Assembly (NCBI GenBank): GCA_025054935.1
Contig: JANWZD010000001.1
Location: 201,008 to 265,007, forward strand
From: Dehalococcoidia bacterium
GTDB lineage: Bacteria > Chloroflexota > Dehalococcoidia > SpSt-223
Reading direction: 5' to 3'
Length of the DNA: 64,000 nucleotides
This document shows, in pieces, positions 46,494 to 54,584 of this stretch; within the stretch, counting starts at the first letter, position 1; every line of letters starts with the position of its first letter. The notes beneath the pieces were generated by a model. That model made no database searches. It saw nothing but the letters and a program-made list of their open reading frames with translations, and was not told where the DNA came from. A program made the position numbers and the translations under genes.

Positions 46494-48786
46494 CAAGGTG
46501 CGACGCCAGCCGCTCTCCGACGCCTGCGCCGTATTTCTGCCTTTCGAGGCTGCCGACAAAGACGTACTCTGCGTTGTACTTCTTCAGGAGAGCAAGCAGT
46601 TCGTCGCGGCTTGCAGCAGTGTAGATGCGGTCGATCTCGGCATCGCGGCCGCGGAACGGCGCGTCGGACCCGCGCCACTGACGCTGATGGCCTGCCCAGC
46701 CGAGGATCGTCGGAATTCCGGTGCGCGCCGAGACCCGCCCAAACTCGGAGTACTGCCCCCCTGTCGCCTCAACGACGACGGCGCCTCGGCTCGCCTGAGC
46801 GGCCAGCCAGTCGATCGCTTCCGCTTCCCCGGGGGCAGCGGCGCGGGCGAACGCCAAGCCGTCGAGCGTCGGCTGCCCGGTGAAGCCGTCAGCCCTGCTC
46901 CACGTTGCAGCAAGCGTGTAATACATTCCCCCTGCAATCAGGATAAGACATGCCGCGACGATCACCCCGCGCTTCCACTGGCGCAGCGTTTGCGGCCAGA
47001 GCGAGACAAGAGCGTAGCCCCCTGCGACGGCGAGGAGGGTCCACGCTTGGAAATACAGCTTGAAGACCGTGTTCATTCGGTTCCCAAAAACGTCCAGAAT
47101 GAAAAAGTGTTCGGCCGCAAGATGCAAGAGGAAGGCGGTGCCGAGGAGCAGCGCTGCGAAGGCATCAGGGCGCGAGGGGGTCCGAAAGGCAACTAGGAGC
47201 GCAAGGGTGACGATGGCGGCAAGAGGAAGCGAGATCGCCGCCTTCGCCGGCAGAGAGTCGATCACGAGCGGCGCTGTCCCAGTGCGCACGGCGGCGGGCA
47301 GCGTCACCAGCAGCCAAGCAGCTGGGAGAGCGGCCCCGATGAGGAGCGCCGGCTGAAGCGCGCGGCGCCAGCCGGCATCGAGCTGCCCCAGCTGCCAGCC
47401 GACGAAGGCGATGGCCGGGAGAGCCAGGGGGCCCCAGAAGAGCGCCCAATGGTGCGGCTGGGTCGCGACTTGGACGACAGGGCGAATGCCCGACGCCTGT
47501 GACGAGAACGAAAGGTAGAACGGAAGGTAGAGAACGAGACTTGCTCCTCCAAGCGCGAGGGCAAACAGGCCGACATCGCGGATCAGCCGGCGGTCGAGAT
47601 GGCCAGCTTTGCGGTACGCGCTCAGGGCGACTGCCGCGACGACGAGCCCGCCGTAGGTCGGCAGGTCCCACGAGTTGAGAAAGCCGAGCGCGCCGACGCA
47701 GATCGGTAGTGCCGCTGCCTGCCAGGGGTGAGCGCGCGCCCACCGCATTCCCCAAGGATACGGAGAGTGAAAGGCAGCAGCAGCGATGCCGACAACGAGG
47801 AGGTTAAACGGCAGGGCCAGCACGTGCGGATGCAGATCGCCGAGCACGAAGCTGAAGATCGGGAACTCGTTGATGGTGTAGTCGATTCCTTGGCCGTCAC
47901 GGAACGTGTTGATGACCCGGGTCGCCTTCCACCACCACCAGTGTTCTGTTGGGGTCCAACTGGCGGCACGGTAGGGATGCGTCAGCCCGTCGATGGCAAG
48001 CGCGCTCCAGAATTCCGCGGTGCCCCAGCCCCGCGACCGCGCGAAATCGAGCAGGCCGACCAAGTTGCCCATCCCGACCAGCAGCACCGTGCCAAGCAGG
48101 CCGGCGAGCATGGTCTGCCGCGGCGTGGCCGCAGGCCAGCGCGCAATGACGAGCGACGAGACGAGCCCGAAAGCGGCGTGAGCGGAGAGCGCCATGACGA
48201 GCGCCAAGGCGAGATTGAACGCGACCGAGGCCGGGGTTGCGGCGAGGTGGGCGAGCATCCCAACGAGGACATAGCCGAAGTAGTAGTACGAGACGGTGTA
48301 GCCGGCAAGCCAGGGGTCAGGGGGAGGGAAGGCGTCGGCGCGCAGCACCGCATTGAGGAACAGCAGCTCCATCGGCTTCTCGGTGCCGGCAATCTCGGGA
48401 GCGTAGGCGCGGACACTTGCCCACCCGATGAAGATCACCGCAAAAAGCGCCTCGCCCGCCAGCAGCCGTTGCCAGTTGTCGCGCATCCAGGCAAGCTGCA
48501 GCGCTGCCTGCACGCGTCCGCCGAGCGCTGCCAGCCCGCCGAGAGCGAGGAGAGCCACGCCGAGCACCGCAGCCCCGCGGTTTGGCGGAAACAGAGAAAG
48601 CGAAGCGCCAATCCAGAAGAAGAAGCCCGTGAAAATGATGCCGAGCGGCCGCGCGAGGCTGAGGCCGCGGTCGGCAAGCTCCGGAAAGAGGCGCAGTGCC
48701 AAGGGCGCCGCCGCAAGCCCAATCAGGGTGGAGAGCAGCCACCAGCCGAGAACTGGCAGCGCGACTGCCTCGATCAGCGCGGACAT
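46447..48786 (-). CDS. DUF2298 / 'Chlor_Arch_YYY' family polytopic membrane protein
   Basis: The YTVSYYYFGY motif and the overall about 780 aa multi-TM layout match what I recall as the TIGR03662-type family, which is restricted to Chloroflexi and Archaea. C-terminal soluble domain (EATGGQYSEFGRVSARTGIPTILGW). 3 nt gap after ftsY. Confidence 0.8.
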   Translation of the reverse strand: MSALIEAVALPVLGWWLLSTLIGLAAAPLALRLFPELADRGLSLARPLGIIFTGFFFWIGASLSLFPPNRGAAVLGVALLALGGLAALGGRVQAALQLAWMRDNWQRLLAGEALFAVIFIGWASVRAYAPEIAGTEKPMELLFLNAVLRADAFPPPDPWLAGYTVSYYYFGYVLVGMLAHLAATPASVAFNLALALVMALSAHAAFGLVSSLVIARWPAATPRQTMLAGLLGTVLLVGMGNLVGLLDFARSRGWGTAEFWSALAIDGLTHPYRAASWTPTEHWWWWKATRVINTFRDGQGIDYTINEFPIFSFVLGDLHPHVLALPFNLLVVGIAAAAFHSPYPWGMRWARAHPWQAAALPICVGALGFLNSWDLPTYGGLVVAAVALSAYRKAGHLDRRLIRDVGLFALALGGASLVLYLPFYLSFSSQASGIRPVVQVATQPHHWALFWGPLALPAIAFVGWQLGQLDAGWRRALQPALLIGAALPAAWLLVTLPAAVRTGTAPLVIDSLPAKAAISLPLAAIVTLALLVAFRTPSRPDAFAALLLGTAFLLHLAAEHFFILDVFGNRMNTVFKLYFQAWTLLAVAGGYALVSLWPQTLRQWKRGVIVAACLILIAGGMYYTLAATWSRADGFTGQPTLDGLAFARAAAPGEAEAIDWLAAQASRGAVVVEATGGQYSEFGRVSARTGIPTILGWAGHQRQWRGSDAPFRGRDAEIDRIYTAASRDELLALLKKYNAEYVFVGSLERQKYGAGVGERLASHLDVAFQNGSATIFRAR

Positions 48787-48789
48787 GGG

Positions 48790-49749
48790 CTACTCGAACA
48801 ATTGCCGCACGTACTCGGCTGGGTCGAAGTCGACAAGATCGTCGAGCTGTTCCCCAGTCCCCAGATAGCGGATCGGCAGGCCCAGCTCATTGGCGATGGT
48901 GAAAGCGATCCCGCCCTTGGCAGTGCCATCGAGCTTTGTCAGCACGATCCCGTCGATATCGGCGGCTTGGGCGAACGCTTCCGTCTGCAGGATACCGTTC
49001 TGGCCGGTGGTGGCATCGATGACGAGCAGCACCTGATGGGGCGCGGTCGGGTCGACCTTAGCGATGACGCGCCGGATTTTCCGCAGTTCCTCCATCAAGT
49101 TCGTCTTCGCGTGCAGCCGGCCAGCGGTATCGATGATGACCACATCTGCTCCCCGGCTGCGTCCCGCTTCAACGGCGTCGTAGGCAACAGCGCCGGGGTC
49201 GGCGCCGGGCTGATGGGCCACAACTTGGACGCCGATCCGGTCCGCCCACACCTTCAGCTGCTCGATGGCGGCGGCACGGAAGGTATCTGCGGCGCCGATC
49301 AGTACCCGCTTCCCCTGCCGGTGCCAGCGGTGCGCAAGTTTGGCGATAGTCGTCGTTTTGCCAGTTCCATTGACGCCGACGATAAGGAGTACGAAGGGTC
49401 GGCCGTCGGGAAATCGCCGCGGTTCCCGCTCAAAGGGGCGGTCGTCCTCCTCCTCCACCTCGCGCAGCACGGCGCTCATCTCTTCTTGCAGCGCCTGCTT
49501 GGCGCGGTGCGCATCCGTAATCCCCTCCTCGCGGACACGCTCGCGGAGCCGGCTGAGGAGCTCTTCCGTCGTGCTCAGGCTGAGATCGGCGCTAATCAGC
49601 GTCTCTTCCAGCGCTTCCCAGAAAGCATCATCGATCTGACGGCGCTCAAAGACCGCCGCAACGCGCTGGAAGACCGCGTCTCGGGTTCGACGGAGGCCAA
49701 AGTCGATCTTGCGAAGGCGCTCGAACATCGCTCTCTCGAATGCTAGCAC
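48790..49749 (-). CDS. ftsY: Signal recognition particle receptor FtsY (short form)
   Basis: SRP54-type GTPase motifs: GVNGTGKTTT, DTAGR, TKLDG. GTG 49749 or ATG 49728 start. Confidence 0.9.
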   Translation of the reverse strand: MLAFERAMFERLRKIDFGLRRTRDAVFQRVAAVFERRQIDDAFWEALEETLISADLSLSTTEELLSRLRERVREEGITDAHRAKQALQEEMSAVLREVEEEDDRPFEREPRRFPDGRPFVLLIVGVNGTGKTTTIAKLAHRWHRQGKRVLIGAADTFRAAAIEQLKVWADRIGVQVVAHQPGADPGAVAYDAVEAGRSRGADVVIIDTAGRLHAKTNLMEELRKIRRVIAKVDPTAPHQVLLVIDATTGQNGILQTEAFAQAADIDGIVLTKLDGTAKGGIAFTIANELGLPIRYLGTGEQLDDLVDFDPAEYVRQLFE

Positions 49750-49790
49750 CGCTCTCGGCGCAGCACCATCGCGCTGCCGGCGTCATGTCG

Positions 49791-50150
49791 CTAGGGAAGA
49801 AAGAGGCGGACTGTTGTTCGCTGACCGTAGGCACGCTCAATATCGCGGCCGAATTCCCGGTCGGGAGCGTAGAGATCGATCCATCCCTCGCTGCCGAGAT
49901 TTCCTCGGTCGAGGCAGATCACCGGCCGGCCATCCTTGAAGACGGCGACCGTGCCGAGGGGGATGTCCCACGAACAGGCAGCCGCCCCGACAAACGGCGG
50001 GATGCCGGAAAAGGTAGCTCGCCCGGTCGGAAGATAGTAGCTGACGCGGACCTGCTTCGCGGGGACAAAAGTGACCGCGCCGGCGACCCCCGGATTTGTC
50101 CCGACGACCACGATCAGGGCGGCAGCGATTGCGCTGAAGCGAAGGATCAC
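49791..50150 (-). CDS. 3D (MltA-like) domain protein with an N-terminal signal anchor
   Basis: YLPTGRATFSGIPPFVGAAACSWDIPLGTVAVFKDGRPVICLDRGNLGSEGWIDLY fits the 3D-domain pattern (TASG...IPxGT...DxG..I.G..IDxY). Only start candidate in frame is GTG 50150 (VILRFSAIAAALIVVVG); poor SD spacing. Confidence 0.5.
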   Translation of the reverse strand: MILRFSAIAAALIVVVGTNPGVAGAVTFVPAKQVRVSYYLPTGRATFSGIPPFVGAAACSWDIPLGTVAVFKDGRPVICLDRGNLGSEGWIDLYAPDREFGRDIERAYGQRTTVRLFLP

Positions 50151-50276
50151 GCCAGGAAGATAGCAGGTCCCCTCTCCCCGATCGAGCGTTTCCCATGCGA
50201 CCGCCCGACTTCGATATGCTTCAGGAGCGCGCCTCCGGCGCCAGGGAAATGTCGTTCCACCTTCTCGAGGTGTCGC

Positions 50277-51584
50277 TTGGTCCAAGCACAGAATACTGAC
50301 GTGGCGGCGCTGCGCGCGCTGCCGCGCGAGGAGCTCGCAGAAGACCTGCTCAGCCGGAGCCCGAGCGAACTCGCCGAGCTGTTGAGCCGGCTGGGGGATG
50401 ACGCGCTCGCGGAGATCGTTGCCGAGCTCGATCCTGCCGACGCGGCACGGCTTTTGGGGAAACTGAGCCGCGCCCAGGCAGCGGCGCTGCTCGAAGAGAT
50501 GGACCCCGACGATGCCGTCGACATTGCCGGCGAACTCGAGGACGATGATGCCGAGGCGATCTTCATCGAGATGAACCCCCATGACGTCGAGGAGTTACGC
50601 CGGCTGATGAATTACCCGCCGGACAGCGCCGGCGGGATCATGACGACAGATTACGTCGCGATCAGTCCCGATCTCACTGCCGATGAGGCCTTAGTCGCGC
50701 TGCGCGCCGTGGCGGAGGAAGCGGAGACAATCTACTACATCTACGTCACCGACCCGGCAACGAACCGGCTGCTCGGGGTGCTCTCCCTGCGCAATCTCGT
50801 CCTCACTCGGCCGGAGACCCCGGTCCGCGACCTCATGGTGACGGAGATCGTCAAGACCCGCGTCGATGCCGACCAAGAGGAAGCCGTTCGCCTCCTCGAC
50901 CGGTACGGGCTCCTCGCGCTGCCGGTCGTCGACGAGGAGGACCGCCTTGTCGGCATTATCACCGCCGATGACGCCGCTAGCGTCCTGATGGAGGAGGCAG
51001 GAGAGGACATCGAGCGCCTCGGCGGCTCGCAACCGCTCGAAGAGCCGTATCTTCGGGCATCGATCCTGCATCTCGTCCGAAAGCGGCTTCCTTGGCTGCT
51101 CATCCTCTTTGTCGGCGGCGCCTACACCGGAACGGTGATCGCGGCGTTCGAGGAGACGATCTCCCAAGTGGTGGCGCTGACATTTTTCATCCCGATGCTG
51201 ATCGGCACCGGCGGCAATGCCGGATCGCAAATCGTGACGACCCTCGTTCGAGCGCTCGGCATGGGCGAAGTCAATCTGGGTCACCTCGGGCGCGTCCTCT
51301 GGCGCGAAGTGCGGGTCGCGGCGCTGCTCGGCACTGCGATGGGGATAGCGACCTACATCCGCGCCTGGACCTTGGGGGTCGGGGTCGAGATCGGCCCGGT
51401 TGTTGCCCTTTCGACCGTGACCATCGTTCTCTGGGCGGCGATCGTCTCCTCGCTCTTGCCCCTGCTGATCAGCCGGACCCGGATCGACCCTGCGGTCGTC
51501 TCGACCCCATTTATTACGACCCTCGTCGACGGCACCGGCCTGCTTATCTACTTCGTTATCGCGAGCAGGCTGCTGGGGATCTAG
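50277..51584 (+). CDS. mgtE: Magnesium transporter MgtE
   Basis: MgtE_N then tandem CBS domains then 5-TM MgtE domain (FIPMLIGTGGNAGSQ). TTG 50277 start with a GAGGTG SD. The upstream part of ORF-track frame 49740..51584 is not coding. Confidence 0.85.
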   Translation: MVQAQNTDVAALRALPREELAEDLLSRSPSELAELLSRLGDDALAEIVAELDPADAARLLGKLSRAQAAALLEEMDPDDAVDIAGELEDDDAEAIFIEMNPHDVEELRRLMNYPPDSAGGIMTTDYVAISPDLTADEALVALRAVAEEAETIYYIYVTDPATNRLLGVLSLRNLVLTRPETPVRDLMVTEIVKTRVDADQEEAVRLLDRYGLLALPVVDEEDRLVGIITADDAASVLMEEAGEDIERLGGSQPLEEPYLRASILHLVRKRLPWLLILFVGGAYTGTVIAAFEETISQVVALTFFIPMLIGTGGNAGSQIVTTLVRALGMGEVNLGHLGRVLWREVRVAALLGTAMGIATYIRAWTLGVGVEIGPVVALSTVTIVLWAAIVSSLLPLLISRTRIDPAVVSTPFITTLVDGTGLLIYFVIASRLLGI

Positions 51585-51590
51585 CGCCCG

Positions 51591-52730
51591 TTACGGGATC
51601 GGCTGCGTCGGAAGGAGCGGCTCGGCCGGGGAGTCGACGTTGCGGGTCCTCCCGGTCACCTCGCCGGCGCGGATGCGGGCGATCCAGTCCTCATCGACCG
51701 GGGTCTCTTTCAGCACGGGCAGAACGCGCGTCGCGAACCGTTCGATCGAAGCGCGCACGATCCGGTCCTCGAGATGGCCGAAGGCGAACCAGCACATCAG
51801 ATTGCGGAAGCCGAGGCGGGCGAAGGGGCGAAGACGCTCGATCACTTCGTCCGCAGTTCCGGCAATGAGCCAGTTTTTGAGGTAGCCGATCTTGCGCTGC
51901 TCAAGGTCGGTTTTGGAGAGGTCGTCGATGCCGACATTCGCTTTCGCGCTCTTGCGGAGATAGACCTCGATCGCGTCGCCGAGCGTATCGAGCCAGTCCT
52001 CGCCGGGCTCAGCGACGTAGATCTGACGGTTGAAGCCTGTGTGATCGAGAGCCCGCTGGCGCGCCGCCTCGTCCAACCCGGCCTCGTCTTGGCCCTTGAA
52101 GTAGTAATACAGGCGGCTTGCGAGACTGTCCGGGTCGTGGGGGCCGGCGAGCAGCGACCATCCCTTCCGGCCGATACGCTCGAGGGTAGCGGGGGTCGCC
52201 GAGGCGTACGCGATCGGCGGATGCGGCTTCTGATATGGGGCGGGGATAATCCGGCCGTTCACCACGCCTCGGTAGTAGCGCCCGTCGTACCGAAATCCCT
52301 CCGGCGGCGCGTTCCACGCTTGTTCCATTACAGCGAGAAACTCCTCCATCATCGCATGGCGCTCGCTCGCGGAGAAGCCGAACCCGGCGAATTCATCCGG
52401 CGAGTTGCCCGCGCCGATGCCGACGACCAAGCGGCCTTTCGACAACTGGTCGAGCAGGTTGCACTCAGTGACGAAGGTGATGGGGTGGCGAAGCGGGAGG
52501 ACGGCGACCGCAAACCCGATCCGCAGCGAGCGGTTGCGCTGGCTGATCGCGGCGGCAAGGGTGATCGGCTCGGAGTAAGCGTTGTAGCCGGTGAACTGAT
52601 GGTCGGTCAGCCAGACATCGCTGAAACCGAGCCGCTCCGCGAGATCGACCTGCCCGAGCACCTCGTCGATAACGCGGCCGTCATCGTCCGGTCCGGGGGT
52701 CTGAGGATTCAGGTAGATCGAGAAGCGCAT
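51591..52730 (-). CDS. LLM class flavin/F420-dependent oxidoreductase (paralogue of 25029..26129)
   Basis: MRFSIYLNPQTPGPDDDGRVIDEVLGQVDLAERLGFSDVWLTDHQFTGYNAYSEP aligns closely with the N-terminus of the other copy. Confidence 0.8.
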   Translation of the reverse strand: MRFSIYLNPQTPGPDDDGRVIDEVLGQVDLAERLGFSDVWLTDHQFTGYNAYSEPITLAAAISQRNRSLRIGFAVAVLPLRHPITFVTECNLLDQLSKGRLVVGIGAGNSPDEFAGFGFSASERHAMMEEFLAVMEQAWNAPPEGFRYDGRYYRGVVNGRIIPAPYQKPHPPIAYASATPATLERIGRKGWSLLAGPHDPDSLASRLYYYFKGQDEAGLDEAARQRALDHTGFNRQIYVAEPGEDWLDTLGDAIEVYLRKSAKANVGIDDLSKTDLEQRKIGYLKNWLIAGTADEVIERLRPFARLGFRNLMCWFAFGHLEDRIVRASIERFATRVLPVLKETPVDEDWIARIRAGEVTGRTRNVDSPAEPLLPTQPIP

Positions 52731-52744
52731 CGCTCCCTCCTCCG

Positions 52745-53773
52745 CTAGCGGTAGCGCTCCCAGCGCGTGATATCGTCTCCCTCGCAGACGAGCAGCCCGA
52801 TCCCGGACACGCCTTGAGCGCTGAACCCGACGTAATACAGCTTGAGCGAGCCGTCCGGCTCCGGCACAAGGTAGGGCGTTCCCATTGCGCGCTCGTCAAA
52901 CGAGCCCGCAGCGCCGTAGTCGATAAGCGACCCTTTCGGGCCGCGGCCGGCGACCCGGCGCCACGACTGCCACTCATCGGCTTCGGCCATGCCGAGCCGA
53001 AACCGTCCTTCGGCGTCGATCGCTTCGTAGACCATCAGCAGCCGGCCGCGGTAGGCGACGATCGAGCGGGAGCCGACCGAGCGCGCATCGAACGCTGCCT
53101 CGTCGCTGGAGGGGAAAAAGATAGGCCCCCGTTTCTCCCAGTGAAACCCGTCTGGGGAGTCGGCCATCCCGATCGCGGGACCGTTTCGGCCCGCCCCGGA
53201 ATAGGTCATGCGGAACGTGCCGTCGCTCAGGACGGTGACGCGGGGAAAGCCGGCGTACCATTCGTCCCACTCCCCGGGAGCACCGTGAGCGAGGATCGCG
53301 CCGCCCGGCAAGGAACCTGGCACGCGGCGAAAGTGGATCCCGTCGGGGGAGACCGCCAGCCCGACGTTGAGCGGGAACCCCTTGCGCCGCTGCGTGCCGA
53401 CAAGACCTTCGCTCTGCCAGCCGCCTTGATAGTAGAGACGGTACTCGCCTTCCCACAGCAGGACGTCCGTCCCGCCGACCTGGAACGAGTCGAAGCAGCC
53501 CGGCTGCGGGTTGGGGTCGAGCACCGAGCCTCGGAACCCCGGTCCTGAGACTTTTTGCCACTGGACCCCATCGCGCGAGATCGCAAGACCGGTGCGCCCC
53601 ATCGGGATGACGCTGCGCTCATTCTCGGGGGTGACGCCGGGGAAACCGCGCTCGCGGCCGTAATACCACATCCGATAGCCGTCGGCGGCGTGGCGGACGC
53701 CCGGGCTGGAGGCCCGGTCGTCGTCCCAATTTCCAAGCGGCCCCGGGCCGAAAAGAAAGCCGGGGTCTGTCAT
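52745..53773 (-). CDS. Five-bladed beta-propeller glycoside-hydrolase-like protein (GH43/GH32/GH130 clan; family not resolved)
   Basis: Repeated blade motifs (RMWYYG, RLYYQGG, LAVSPDGIHF, RMTYSGAG, LKLYYVGF) plus acidic residues typical of the furanosidase/phosphorylase clan. 14 nt upstream of the LLM gene. Confidence 0.55.
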   Translation of the reverse strand: MTDPGFLFGPGPLGNWDDDRASSPGVRHAADGYRMWYYGRERGFPGVTPENERSVIPMGRTGLAISRDGVQWQKVSGPGFRGSVLDPNPQPGCFDSFQVGGTDVLLWEGEYRLYYQGGWQSEGLVGTQRRKGFPLNVGLAVSPDGIHFRRVPGSLPGGAILAHGAPGEWDEWYAGFPRVTVLSDGTFRMTYSGAGRNGPAIGMADSPDGFHWEKRGPIFFPSSDEAAFDARSVGSRSIVAYRGRLLMVYEAIDAEGRFRLGMAEADEWQSWRRVAGRGPKGSLIDYGAAGSFDERAMGTPYLVPEPDGSLKLYYVGFSAQGVSGIGLLVCEGDDITRWERYR

Positions 53774-53828
53774 GCTTCTCCCTTGCCCCGCAGCGTCCTT
53801 GCGCGCGCTGCCGGCCCCCTGCCTCGCG

Positions 53829-54584
53829 CTACGTACCGCGCCCCGTCAGCTTGCGGGCAACCCATGCCACGGGGTCATAGTAGCGCGAGACAACGCGCTC
53901 TTTCAGCGGAATGATGGCGTTATCGGTGATGTGAATGTGCTCGGGGCAGACCTCGGTGCAGCATTTGGTGATGTTGCAGAATCCAAGCCCCGCCTGATAG
54001 CGCAGGAGCGGGATGCGGTCATTGGTATCGAGCGGGTGCATCTCCAGTTCGGCGAACCGGAGGAAGAGGCGCGGACCGGAGAACGCTTTCTTGTTCTCTT
54101 CGTGGTCCCGAATGACGTGGCAGACGTTTTGACACATGAAGCATTCGATGCACTTGCGGAACTCCTGCAAGCGATCGATGTCTTCTTGGTACATCCGCCG
54201 CTTGCCGTCGGGGTCGACCGGCTTCGGCTTGAAGGGGGGAACCTCTTTCGCCTTCTCGTAGTTGAACGAGACGTCGGTGACGAGGTCGCGGATGATCGGG
54301 AAGGTTTTCAGCGGGGCGACGGTGACTGTCGCGCCGGCCGGAAACTGATCCATCCGCGTCATGCACATCAGGCGCGGCTTGCCGTCGATCTCGGCGCTGC
54401 AGGAGCCGCATTTGCCGGCCTTGCAGTTCCAACGCACGGCAAGGTCAGGCTGGGGGCCCGCTTGAATGCGGTGGATGACATCGAGCACCACCATTCCTTC
54501 GTCGACCGGCATGACATAATCGTGAAAAGCGCCGCCGCTGGCGTCTCCACGCCAGACGCGCATCGTGTAGTTGACGGTCGGCAT
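53829..54584 (-). CDS. sdhB: Succinate dehydrogenase/fumarate reductase iron-sulfur subunit
   Basis: 2Fe-2S (CKAGKCGSCS), 4Fe-4S (CIECFMCQNVC) and 3Fe-4S (CNITKCCTEVCP) cysteine clusters. Confidence 0.9.
   Translation of the reverse strand: MPTVNYTMRVWRGDASGGAFHDYVMPVDEGMVVLDVIHRIQAGPQPDLAVRWNCKAGKCGSCSAEIDGKPRLMCMTRMDQFPAGATVTVAPLKTFPIIRDLVTDVSFNYEKAKEVPPFKPKPVDPDGKRRMYQEDIDRLQEFRKCIECFMCQNVCHVIRDHEENKKAFSGPRLFLRFAELEMHPLDTNDRIPLLRYQAGLGFCNITKCCTEVCPEHIHITDNAIIPLKERVVSRYYDPVAWVARKLTGRGT

Noticed and set aside
49740-50276. 5' part of ORF-track frame 49740..51584 fused to mgtE
   Set aside because: Upstream residues are antisense to the 3D-domain gene and lack MgtE_N features. MgtE homology begins near TTG 50277, which has a GAGGTG SD.
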